A stretch of 64,000 bases of DNA from a virus. The position numbers and the translations under genes are program-made. The notes below the pieces were generated by a model, which was not told the DNA's origin, made no database searches, and saw only the letters and a list, made by a program, of their open reading frames with translations. This document shows, in pieces, positions 55,293 to 64,000 of this stretch. Each line of letters starts with the position of its first letter. Within the stretch, counting starts at the first letter, position 1. The DNA lies in IMG/VR virus record IMGVR_UViG_3300031578_000001, one strand, 5' to 3'.

Positions 55293-58082
55293 ATGCCAGC
55301 AACTTTAGTTCTCGGTTTTAATACGGAAGCATTGGTGCAGACGGCACTGACGCTGGCCGAATCCCTGGCGCTCACAGCGGGCGAGCTCGCGGTCGATGCC
55401 GGAGGCGTCGATCACGACGCACTGCTCAACTACGATGTGGACGATCACGTCGCCCACTCGAGTGTGAGCATCACCGGGGTTAACGGTTTGTCAGGAGGTG
55501 GGGATATCTCGGCGTCGAGGGATCTTGCCCTCAACATCAACGGTCTCACGAATACGGAAACTGTCCTGGCCAGCGACGATCTCGTGGCGATCTATGACAC
55601 CTCTGGTGGCTCTACGGACAAGATGACCGTCGCCAACTTCAACGCAGGACTGTCGCACGATGCCCTGAGTGGTTTCGCAGCGGATAAGCATGTCGCCCAT
55701 ACCTCGGTGTCGATCGCTGCGGGTGAAGGTCTTGTAGGCGGCGGTGACGTCTCATCGACGAGGACCCTCACTACCGACTGGTCCGACCTCTCGAATACAT
55801 CGGTCGCCATGGTCGCCGCGGATCTCATGGCCGTCTACGACAACGGGAACTCAAGGAACGAGAAGATCTCCTTCGCCAACTTCAACGCGTCGGTCGACCA
55901 CAACGTGCTCACCAACTTCGTGGCTGACAAGCACATCGCCCACTCGACGGTCACATTCACGGCGGGTGACGGCCTCACGGGCGGTGGTGACACTTCCGCC
56001 AGCAGATCCTTCGCCGTGGACTTCAGCGACTTCGCGGTGACCGAAGCGGCCATCGTCGCCGCTGATCTTCTCGCCTTCTACGACACCAGCGAAGGCAACA
56101 TGGCCAAGATGACCTACGCCAACTTCGAGTCCAATCTCGCGATCCTGGGTTCACAGGTGGAAGCTGGAAGCCCGACGTTCGATGCCATTACGATGAACGG
56201 GAACATTAACGCGAACCTGAACAAGATCGTGAACATGGCCGACGGAACCCTCGCGACAGACGCCGTGACCCTGTCCCAGCTCCAGGCATCGCAGTCCGGC
56301 ATCACGATAAAGCCTCCTTCCCAGGCGTCCACTACGGAGGATCTCGAGATCACGACGAGTCAGACGATCGACTATCTCGATGGCCTCGAACCTCTGACCC
56401 CGGGTGTCGGTGCGACCCTGGAACCGACAACGAACGGAGTTCTTTCGGCTATCGACGGTTACACGCCGGGGCTCGGCGACACTCTCCTGATCAAAGATGG
56501 AGCCGGCTTTGAGGCGCAGGTCAGCCTGGCCACGGCCATCGCCGATGTCGGCGGAGCCTTGAACGGGAAATACTTCTTCATCTCATCCGCGAACGACGCC
56601 TCCAACTTCTACGTCTGGATGAACGTGGACGCCGGCGGAAACGATCCTCTCGTCGCCAATAAGACGGGAATCTCCGTTGCGATTGTTACGGATGACACAG
56701 CCACCGCCGTAGCCACCGCCGTAGCGACGGCGGTCGACGGGGAATCGGATTTCGCAGCCTCATCGATAGGCGCGAACATCACCATCACGAACGCCGGCAA
56801 CGGTCGGTCTACCGATATCGCGGACTTCAACACGGGGTTCACCGGAGTCGGTACCGACACAACCGGGAAGGGCTACGAGGTCGGAGGCTTGTACGAAGTC
56901 ACAGCGGTCGGGGACGAGTCGAACCCTTGGTTGCTTACCAGGATCACGCAGTTCGACGGCGATCCAGACAACCCGACTCATGAAATACGTGAAGGTGCCC
57001 TGACTCTGGTGATTCACGGGAGCACCAACGGAAACACGCAATGGGCGGTAGCAGCCGGCGTGGAAAACGTCGACGCCATCGAGGTCGGCATCAAGGCGAT
57101 ACCTTGGAACGAGTTCGCGCAGCCTTCCGTGCTTACCGCCGGGGCGGGCTTGACCGAGGCTCCGGCTCTCACGTTCAACGTGGGGGAGGGGACAGGCATC
57201 GTCGTCAACGCCAACGACGTGGCGGTCGACGTGGGAACGACCGCGAACAAGATCCTCCAGCTCAACGGTTCGGCCCAGATTCCGGCCGTGAACGGCGCTC
57301 TCCTCACCAACCTGAACGCCAGCAGCCTGACTTCGGGTCTGGCATCGTTCGCGGTGGGCGGCACCGGCTTCGACGCCTCCGTCCTCGCCGCGGGAACCCT
57401 GATCAAGACCAACGCGGGTGGAACCGCCTTCGAGGCTCTCAACCAGGGAACCGTCAACCAGGCCCTCGTGTCGGCTGGCGCAGGTGCGGCTCCGACCTTC
57501 GCGTCGCTGACTCTCGATGGCAACCTCGATCTGACCGTTACAAGGGTCGAACTTGACCAGTTGTCCGGCATTCTCGCTACCGTCACGGGCGCGAACCTCA
57601 ACGCTCTGACGGAGGGTATCAGTAGCGGGACAACACCGACCACACTTCACGCTCACGATGCCCTGGTCAGCAACTCGATCTGGAACTCGGCGGTTGCTCT
57701 CACCGCCAACCTCTTCGTATCCATGGCCTCCGGAAGCGTCACGATTGCGTCGGCCAGCACGCTTGCTCTCGCTGACAGTTTGATGGGGCTCTGCTACCAG
57801 TCCTCGCTCCTCGGCGCTCCGGCCTTTGTCCAGACGGGCGAAGGGGCACATCTGATCGGAACCCTTCCGAACACTCACTCGGCCATCACTGCCGGTATAA
57901 CAATCCTTTATCTGGAGCAGAACGGGGGCGCGGACATCGGGAAAGTGATCCCGGACTCAGACGTCGTCGTGACCCCAGGCAGCATCATCAAAAGGATCGG
58001 GCCTTCCGGCGCGAGTATCGCACCGAACACAGGCGGACCGGTCGCTCTGATCTATTCCCCGACATCCATCATCGTCGTGTAG
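55293..58082 (+). CDS. Long tail-fibre/spike-like protein with internal repeats
   Basis: 929 aa, G/A/T/D-rich; three HxxL..F.ADKHxAH...GLxGGGD units; DAVTLSQL motif. Confidence 0.7.
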   Translation: MPATLVLGFNTEALVQTALTLAESLALTAGELAVDAGGVDHDALLNYDVDDHVAHSSVSITGVNGLSGGGDISASRDLALNINGLTNTETVLASDDLVAIYDTSGGSTDKMTVANFNAGLSHDALSGFAADKHVAHTSVSIAAGEGLVGGGDVSSTRTLTTDWSDLSNTSVAMVAADLMAVYDNGNSRNEKISFANFNASVDHNVLTNFVADKHIAHSTVTFTAGDGLTGGGDTSASRSFAVDFSDFAVTEAAIVAADLLAFYDTSEGNMAKMTYANFESNLAILGSQVEAGSPTFDAITMNGNINANLNKIVNMADGTLATDAVTLSQLQASQSGITIKPPSQASTTEDLEITTSQTIDYLDGLEPLTPGVGATLEPTTNGVLSAIDGYTPGLGDTLLIKDGAGFEAQVSLATAIADVGGALNGKYFFISSANDASNFYVWMNVDAGGNDPLVANKTGISVAIVTDDTATAVATAVATAVDGESDFAASSIGANITITNAGNGRSTDIADFNTGFTGVGTDTTGKGYEVGGLYEVTAVGDESNPWLLTRITQFDGDPDNPTHEIREGALTLVIHGSTNGNTQWAVAAGVENVDAIEVGIKAIPWNEFAQPSVLTAGAGLTEAPALTFNVGEGTGIVVNANDVAVDVGTTANKILQLNGSAQIPAVNGALLTNLNASSLTSGLASFAVGGTGFDASVLAAGTLIKTNAGGTAFEALNQGTVNQALVSAGAGAAPTFASLTLDGNLDLTVTRVELDQLSGILATVTGANLNALTEGISSGTTPTTLHAHDALVSNSIWNSAVALTANLFVSMASGSVTIASASTLALADSLMGLCYQSSLLGAPAFVQTGEGAHLIGTLPNTHSAITAGITILYLEQNGGADIGKVIPDSDVVVTPGSIIKRIGPSGASIAPNTGGPVALIYSPTSIIVV

Positions 58083-58104
58083 GAGCAGGGAGTAGGAGAC
58101 TGAA

Positions 58105-58596
58105 ATGGGAGAAAAAGGTCCTGAGAAGCCTATTCCTCCGAGAGTGCCCCCGGCATCTCCGAGGAAACCACCGGAGCCTCCGACGAGGAAGAAGTTGGAC
58201 ATGGGACCTCCTCCTCCGAAACTGGAGACGGAACCGATCAATGAACCTGAGTCCCCGGGACCTTCCGTAGGTCCCGGGGACATTCCTCAGATCGGACCCG
58301 GAGGAGAGGTTCACGTTCCGATTCCAGAGGTCAAATATCTGAAGTTCAGGATCACGAAGCTCGAGGAGGAGAATATCAAACTCCAGGAGGCAAAGATTTC
58401 GTCGGATGAGACGATCCTCAGGATGAGCAAGATGAACTTATCGATGATGAAGGAGGCGTTCGCGAAGAGGACGTCCGAAACCTACAAGGAAATCGGAGTG
58501 GGCGACGGCGACAAGGTGATCCAAAGAGGAGACGGTTTCTTCATCGTCAAGGAAGTCAGGGGAATGGGGTTGAACCCGTCCGGCGTCAGGAAATGA
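58105..58596 (+). CDS. Hypothetical protein (Pro-rich N-terminus, coiled coil)
   Basis: 163 aa. Confidence 0.6.
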   Translation: MGEKGPEKPIPPRVPPASPRKPPEPPTRKKLDMGPPPPKLETEPINEPESPGPSVGPGDIPQIGPGGEVHVPIPEVKYLKFRITKLEEENIKLQEAKISSDETILRMSKMNLSMMKEAFAKRTSETYKEIGVGDGDKVIQRGDGFFIVKEVRGMGLNPSGVRK

Positions 58597-58619
58597 CTTG
58601 GTGGGCGGGATAAAGAATG

Positions 58620-58652
58620 ACCGGACGGGACCAATGATCCCGTCCGGTTTTA
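58620..58652 (+). terminator. Intrinsic terminator
   Basis: accggacggga/tcccgtccggt stem plus T-run. Confidence 0.75.
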
Positions 58653-58665
58653 ATTAGGTCTCGGC

Positions 58666-59703
58666 ATGACGACCATTCTCGGTTTTAACACGACGAGTCT
58701 TATGTTCCAGGGCCACCCGCTTAGCGAGGCCGAGGACGATCTCGTCTACTTTTCCGCGGAGGGAGTGCTTGCCGTAGGTGGGTCTGGAACTTCCAAGGCC
58801 CTAACCAAGGTCTATTCTGAACTCCTCGGACTTCCTCTTGATAATGGCGCCTTCACCATATCGAGGTCCTTAGATACGGTTTCGATGGCGAACTCGGCTC
58901 CGGCAGGAGAGACGCACTTCGGAACGCTGGTCCTTGATGCCTCCGGGCACTTTAGTCCGGTAGCGCCGGGTTTATACTATTTCGGGTATACCGGGTTCGA
59001 GTGGCTTGAAGTGGCGACGAACACGCTTTATATCAAACCGGGAGGAGGGGCCGCCAAAGCCGGTGATATTATCACGTCGGATTCAGGTATCGGAATAGAC
59101 GTCTATCTCTATGACTCCTACCTCGGTGATGTTAAAAAATTGATGTCGGAATATGATAACCTCGCCGGGGATGTTACCGGGCTTCTGAACAATACGGTCG
59201 TTGCCAAGATCCACGGTGATATCGTGGATACGGACGCACCTACAACTGGCGATGTATTCCAATGGAACGGGTCGGAGTGGCACCAACAGCCAATTTCGAA
59301 GGTTCGGGCACATTTGAGCACTGACTTTGCTGTTGCGCCCTCTACTTGGAAAAAAGTTCCGTTTGATACGGAGGACTATGATACTCTCTCAGAATACGAT
59401 CCTTCCGCAAACTATAGGTTTACATGCAATGAGGCGGGTTATTACAAGGTTGACGCAGCAGTCAAGTGGGAATTCAGCGCTCAGGGCGATCAAATTCTTA
59501 TAGCTATCCGGCGCAACGGTTCAATAGTTGCTGGCTGCGAAAGATACGTAAGGTATGGTGTATATAATAGCCAGCAAGTTAATGATGTGATCTATTTAAC
59601 AGCATCTCAGTATCTTGAAATCTTCGTATATACCTCATCAAATAGCGCCAACCTAATTGCCAGCGAAGGATCTTCTCACTTTACTGTTCACAGGGTTCTT
59701 TAA
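58666..59703 (+). CDS. Fibre/receptor-binding-like protein with C-terminal C1q-like domain
   Basis: KVPFDTEDYD...YRFTCNEAGYYKV...SHFTVHRV; N-terminus MTTILGFN resembles the 55293 gene. Confidence 0.65.
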   Translation: MTTILGFNTTSLMFQGHPLSEAEDDLVYFSAEGVLAVGGSGTSKALTKVYSELLGLPLDNGAFTISRSLDTVSMANSAPAGETHFGTLVLDASGHFSPVAPGLYYFGYTGFEWLEVATNTLYIKPGGGAAKAGDIITSDSGIGIDVYLYDSYLGDVKKLMSEYDNLAGDVTGLLNNTVVAKIHGDIVDTDAPTTGDVFQWNGSEWHQQPISKVRAHLSTDFAVAPSTWKKVPFDTEDYDTLSEYDPSANYRFTCNEAGYYKVDAAVKWEFSAQGDQILIAIRRNGSIVAGCERYVRYGVYNSQQVNDVIYLTASQYLEIFVYTSSNSANLIASEGSSHFTVHRVL

Positions 59704-59916
59704 GGACGTGACGACGGGAACGAAATATAGATTGAAGGTGGACAACGGGGTCGTCGTTCTTGAAGAAGTAGTATGAATGTTCCTCGTCCACGAGAGGCAG
59801 ATCTTCCAAGCTAAGTTACTGGCTAAAGACTGCATTCCCATACTATTTCAGAATTATTTCTTGGGTGATTTATTCCCATCCACAAAGGTGGAATGTCATC
59901 ACCCTTTGTCATAAAA

Positions 59917-59941
59917 AAGGGGGTAGGCTTACCTACTCCCT
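59917..59941 (-). terminator. Intrinsic terminator
   Basis: Minus strand: agggagtagg-taag-cctacccccttttttt. Confidence 0.6.
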
Positions 59942-60061
59942 AATGTCCCCAAAAGAGGACACTTTCCTTCCAGGAGATCTTCAGAATGATCGTGGCTGTC
60001 CGAAGACATATTCGGTCCAAGGAATGGCAGGAGCAGGTCATTCCGGCCATCAGTGAGACTG

Positions 60062-60559
60062 TCAGGTAGGATCCGCTTCCCATGAGGCGTTCCTCTTGAC
60101 GATGATGATGGCATCGGGGATGACCGATTCGATGATGGCCGAAACCACCCTCCAGTCACCCCCGCCAAGGCCGCACCCGTAGCCGTGGGGGAAGTAGATA
60201 GGGAGGTTGTCTCCGTAATGCTTCTTTCGCATGAGGGAGAGCCTCATGAGGCATATTCGGATAGCATTGTAGTCCGTGCGCCTGTAGTTGGTCCCCACGT
60301 CGCACTGGGAAGCGCAGTTGACCACGTAGAGATTGTCCTGGGGATCTCCTACGTTCACGATCTGGATGTCCCCCAGGCTCCACCCGTTCTTCTTGTACTT
60401 GTAGAGGTACAGGTCTCGCACCTTGGGCCAGCGGTCTGCGATGATCTTCGCGAGGCCTGCACCAAACAGGCCGGCGCAGTTCACCTGGTGGGTTATGAAG
60501 CCCGTCTTGAGCCTCATCAGGTCGCCCGGTAGCGCTATCATTGGCGTACTCCTTGTCAC
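60062..60559 (-). CDS. Macro domain protein (ADP-ribose processing)
   Basis: GDL..ITHQVNCAGLFGAGLAKII, VVNCASQ, YFPHGYGCGLGGGDW. Confidence 0.9.
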   Translation of the reverse strand: MTRSTPMIALPGDLMRLKTGFITHQVNCAGLFGAGLAKIIADRWPKVRDLYLYKYKKNGWSLGDIQIVNVGDPQDNLYVVNCASQCDVGTNYRRTDYNAIRICLMRLSLMRKKHYGDNLPIYFPHGYGCGLGGGDWRVVSAIIESVIPDAIIIVKRNASWEADPT

Positions 60560-60676
60560 AGGTCCTCCCTCGTTTCTTAGGCTCGACGGAACCCATTTCG
60601 TTGGGCGTCGTGCTATGATAACCAGTAAAAGAGCGGATGCCTTTCGACACCCGCCCTCGCGGATGATGGCGGTAGG

Positions 60677-60781
60677 TTATCCCGTGACAGACTTGAGAGA
60701 CCTCTTGACGTTTGCAGCGATACGCTGCGCCGCCCGCTTGACCCTCTTGCCTACCGACGGTTTCTTTTCCTTCTTTGCCAT
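60677..60781 (-). CDS. 34-aa basic peptide
   Basis: MAKKEKKPSVGKRVKRAAQRIAANVKRSLKSVTG; RBS ggaggag; promoter motif at 60822. Confidence 0.5.
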   Translation of the reverse strand: MAKKEKKPSVGKRVKRAAQRIAANVKRSLKSVTG

Positions 60782-60934
60782 GTTCTTCTCCTCCACTAAT
60801 GCGACAATTCGCACTCAGTTGTCTTATGACGCATCGGGGATATACTTTTGGTGGAGCAAAAAATAAGCCCCTGTCGGGGAGCAGGATTCCGACAGGGGCA
60901 CCTTGAAACGGTCCCGGGGGCGCGATCCCAGGAC

Positions 60935-61105
60935 TTAGACTTTCTTTTTCTTTTCCTTCCTCTCTTTGGCCAGGTACTCCTCGAGGGCCTCCGTCACGAT
61001 AATCTGGATGGAGACCCTATGCTTGGCCGCATGAACCCTGACCTTGTTTCCAGTCGCCTTCGGGATCCTGGTGGTCAGCGGCTCGAGATTCTCTTTGTCG
61101 GGCAT
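60935..61105 (-). CDS. Ribbon-helix-helix DNA-binding protein (not in ORF track)
   Basis: LTTRIP..TGNKVRVHAAKHRVSIQIIVTEALEEYL; 56 aa. Confidence 0.7.
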   Translation of the reverse strand: MPDKENLEPLTTRIPKATGNKVRVHAAKHRVSIQIIVTEALEEYLAKERKEKKKKV

Positions 61106-61108
61106 GGC

Positions 61109-61879
61109 TCAGATTTCGAGTGAAAAGTAGATAGGAGCCTCACTCTTGAGGGACACGTCTTTGCCGGTGGCCTTCAGGAATAAGGCGTTGATCTTAGCGA
61201 CAGAATCGAATTTGACGGTTACGTTTCCGGCCAAGGCCTCCTTTGAGACTGCGCCTCGGATCTCGAAGCCGACACTTCCGTCCTTGGACATGATCGGAAC
61301 GATGCTGATCATGTCCCAAGGAATCCCGGCCTTCATGAGGTCTCCGACGACGTCGCGGATGTCGGGTCGGTAGCTCCTCTTCGGTTGGGGGACGGGGACC
61401 TTCTCTGGTTCCCCGAGGGCGACGATCTCGTTTTCCTGAGACTCTTCGAAGTCATCAGCGGCCGGGATGGCCTGGCTGATTAGGTAGCGGGCGACAGTGA
61501 CGAATGCGAGGACGATCCCAGCCTTCGCCTCCGACTTCTCCTTTGCGCTGTCCTCGATCATCTTCACGATGAGAGGGATCTCCTCGAAGACGTAGGAGAG
61601 TTCGTTGGCGTTATTCGCCATGATCGCATCCGTATCGCCCAGGTAATTCTCCGTGATCCCCGAGAGGACCGAGGACACGCTCATGGCTTCGAACGATTCC
61701 CAGATCTTGGAGAAGGCCGCTACGAGGCCGATGGTGTACTTATCGTTCCCGGATCCTGGAATGGAGAGTCTCGATCTCAGTGCTGGGCACGCTTCGGCGG
61801 CCTCTTGGACGACTTGCTCGTTGATGAGCAGGCGCTTCGGGGGATCGATCGAGGCCAGGAGTTTGATTGCCTGTGTCAT
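61109..61879 (-). CDS. Hypothetical protein
   Basis: 256 aa. Confidence 0.65.
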   Translation of the reverse strand: MTQAIKLLASIDPPKRLLINEQVVQEAAEACPALRSRLSIPGSGNDKYTIGLVAAFSKIWESFEAMSVSSVLSGITENYLGDTDAIMANNANELSYVFEEIPLIVKMIEDSAKEKSEAKAGIVLAFVTVARYLISQAIPAADDFEESQENEIVALGEPEKVPVPQPKRSYRPDIRDVVGDLMKAGIPWDMISIVPIMSKDGSVGFEIRGAVSKEALAGNVTVKFDSVAKINALFLKATGKDVSLKSEAPIYFSLEI

Positions 61880-62058
61880 TCAAGTTCTCCCTAATGCTTC
61901 ACTACCCTTGCAAGATTACATGCAAGCATCTAAGCAATCAAGGATAAAAAGATAAAATTTATTGGATCATGGTTACGGTCCTTCATGTCTCTGTTGATAA
62001 CCCCAAGGGCTAACATATACTAAGAAGATGAAAGAGACTCTTATGAGACGGTGCGAGG

Positions 62059-64000
62059 ATGGCTGATCCAAATAGATTCTCGATTCCGGTGATCGATTTC
62101 ATCACGCAGATTCTGCGTGAATCGTCTCCCTCGATGGACCTCTCCAGGGGGAGCGCGAACTACCAGCAGCTCGTCCTGCCGGCGTCGGTGATCCTACAAC
62201 CGTTCAGGGACCGGAGCAACGTCATCAAGCGTAATCAGAGCCTTCGCAACTACCAGCTCATGGACGAGAGCGAGATGGACCGGAAGGCCGCTAACTTTCT
62301 CGTCGAGCGCAGTCTCGGGTCCAGGGCCTTCGGGCTCCAGCGCGTCTACTTCGCCGAGGAAAGGGCCGTCTACATCGACGAGAGTGCCCTATTCCTCGAT
62401 GACCAGGATCATAGATGGAGGCCGGTGGTTCCCGTGTCCGCCACCTCCATTGAGCTCTCGGCCAATGTGGTCACGGAAACGAACGAGTATTTTCTCGACG
62501 TGGCCGTCGTAGCCGAGGCAGATGGTGAGGAGTATCGGGCCGAGGCCGGGCAGGTGAACAGGGTCACGAACGTGGTAGGAGCCACGCGCACGACGAACCT
62601 GTCCGACTACTTCCGGGGCGATGATCCTGAGACCAACACCAAACTCTTCGTTCGGATCGTTGAGTCGATCACGAACAGGGATCTCGTGAAGTCGACCGCG
62701 ATCGTCGCGGCCATCAAGGACGCATTCCCAACGGTGCGTGCCGCCATCCCGATCGGGTACGGAGACACGGAAATGCTCAGGGATGTGGTCGAGGCCATTG
62801 TCTCGATCGATCAGGTCCTCCGGTTCTCTTTCTGCCAGAAGGTCAACCTACCTCTTGATGAGAACGGGGATGTGAAATGGTTCGACGATTCCGGTAATCC
62901 GATCATCAGTCCGGTCGGTGGCTACGTAGCTGGTGTCGTGGATGTGACCGGAGTGGACTTCAACAATGTGATCCTTTCCTCGGCTCCGGACACGTCAGTG
63001 CGCATCTCAGTTCAGCCCGGGTTCAGGGTTCGCATGTACGAGGCGTACAGCGGAGATTCGGACGCCGGCGACTACAGCGTGACCCGTGTGGAAGAGGTTC
63101 CTATCACTCCGAACGGAACCCCGATCAAGGTCATGAGGCTGAACCGACCTTTCGGAGATCCGCAGATCTCGACCTGGGATCCGGACACGGACTTCGATAA
63201 GTATTCCTACACGATCTTCGGAGGGGCGAGTACGAAGACGTTCCACATCGGTGGAAAGATCGATGTCTACATCGATTCGACAGCCGACGAGGAGGACTTT
63301 GTCATCGTGAGTACACTTCCCGAGATTGCCAATGGTGTCTCGGAGATTCAGATCACGGATATCAATTCGATCAACCCGTCCACGAACCTTCCGCTCTTCG
63401 AGAATAACAAGCCCTTCAGGCTTCCGATGCTCGGGATCTTAAAGGTGGAACAGGTGGACTTCGAGGACGACGCGAAGGTGGAGAGGGAGCTCGTCGCTGA
63501 CGCGAACTTCAGGTTCGTCTCGGCCGAGTCCCGCGGAAAGTACACGAGGGCTGAGGACGATGTTCTCATCATAAAGGGATTCGAGAGTGACGGTACGACG
63601 CCGGCGTTCACGGGCCGAAGGATCAAGATCTACTACACCACGAACTCCGACATTCCGCTGATCCAGGACTGGGCGAACCTTCCCACCATCAGAGACATCG
63701 GGAAGGACACGCTCATTAAGCCGAATAAGACCGCCATTGTCGATATCGAGCTATCCTACACTGGCCCTCTCGAAGTCTCCGAGGTGGATGAGATTCTCAG
63801 CAACTACATCAAGGCGAAAGGATTCGGAGGGACGATCAGTTCCCACGAGGTGGACGCCCTTCTCGCCGTGTTTGGTGTTACGGACGTACAGCACCCGGTC
63901 TACCTGCGTCTCAGGAGGGACATCGGAAACGGGGTCACTGAGTTCGACATTTCGCAGGATTCCCTCACGGCCCGGGCCAATGAGGTCTTCTATCCTGCGA
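62059..64000 (+). CDS. Baseplate J/wedge-like protein (runs off the window edge; not in ORF track)
   Basis: Manual translation MADPNRF...DRKAANFLVER..G.RA...GDDPETN..IGYGDTEMLRD..HIGGKIDVY; TATACT at 62016. Confidence 0.8.
   Translation, partial: MADPNRFSIPVIDFITQILRESSPSMDLSRGSANYQQLVLPASVILQPFRDRSNVIKRNQSLRNYQLMDESEMDRKAANFLVERSLGSRAFGLQRVYFAEERAVYIDESALFLDDQDHRWRPVVPVSATSIELSANVVTETNEYFLDVAVVAEADGEEYRAEAGQVNRVTNVVGATRTTNLSDYFRGDDPETNTKLFVRIVESITNRDLVKSTAIVAAIKDAFPTVRAAIPIGYGDTEMLRDVVEAIVSIDQVLRFSFCQKVNLPLDENGDVKWFDDSGNPIISPVGGYVAGVVDVTGVDFNNVILSSAPDTSVRISVQPGFRVRMYEAYSGDSDAGDYSVTRVEEVPITPNGTPIKVMRLNRPFGDPQISTWDPDTDFDKYSYTIFGGASTKTFHIGGKIDVYIDSTADEEDFVIVSTLPEIANGVSEIQITDINSINPSTNLPLFENNKPFRLPMLGILKVEQVDFEDDAKVERELVADANFRFVSAESRGKYTRAEDDVLIIKGFESDGTTPAFTGRRIKIYYTTNSDIPLIQDWANLPTIRDIGKDTLIKPNKTAIVDIELSYTGPLEVSEVDEILSNYIKAKGFGGTISSHEVDALLAVFGVTDVQHPVYLRLRRDIGNGVTEFDISQDSLTARANEVFYPA

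Noticed and set aside
1-64000. Alternative genetic code (stop-codon reassignment)
   Set aside because: Genes tile well under code 11, and TGA, TAG and TAA all terminate genes, often in ATGA overlaps. Only one internal TGA was seen.

Overview
This window looks like a segment of a large contractile-tailed (myovirus/jumbo-like) bacteriophage genome. It is gene-dense with no host housekeeping operons. Minus-strand blocks carry replication, nucleotide-metabolism and accessory genes: family A DNA polymerase (partial), an SSB-like protein with Q/G/P-rich tails, primase, class II RNR, DnaB, a DnaC-like loader, RNase H, an initiator with internal iterons, a ThyA fusion, SLOG and macro domains. Plus-strand blocks carry virion and lysis genes: tail chaperone, holin, tape measure, baseplate hub, gp25-like and J-like proteins, fibres, plus a sigma-70-like factor and a DNA ligase. 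Two loci stand out. (1) At 39585-41626 an IS605-type TnpB/Cas12f-like protein with two RuvC catalytic residues replaced (D->H, D->E) sits 23 nt upstream of a 6-repeat CRISPR array with type I-E-like geometry. A terminated, structured RNA containing an anti-repeat follows the array, and a tRNA-like gene with an expanded anticodon loop precedes the protein. This suggests a nuclease-dead, tracrRNA-assisted, RNA-guided DNA-binding system. (2) At 13659-17902 a tightly overlapped operon joins a retron-like reverse transcriptase with a YCDN active site and a structured leader to an apparently complete ubiquitin-like conjugation set (E2-D, JAB, E1, Ubl ending in Gly). All product calls come from motif recognition by eye; no database searches were run.
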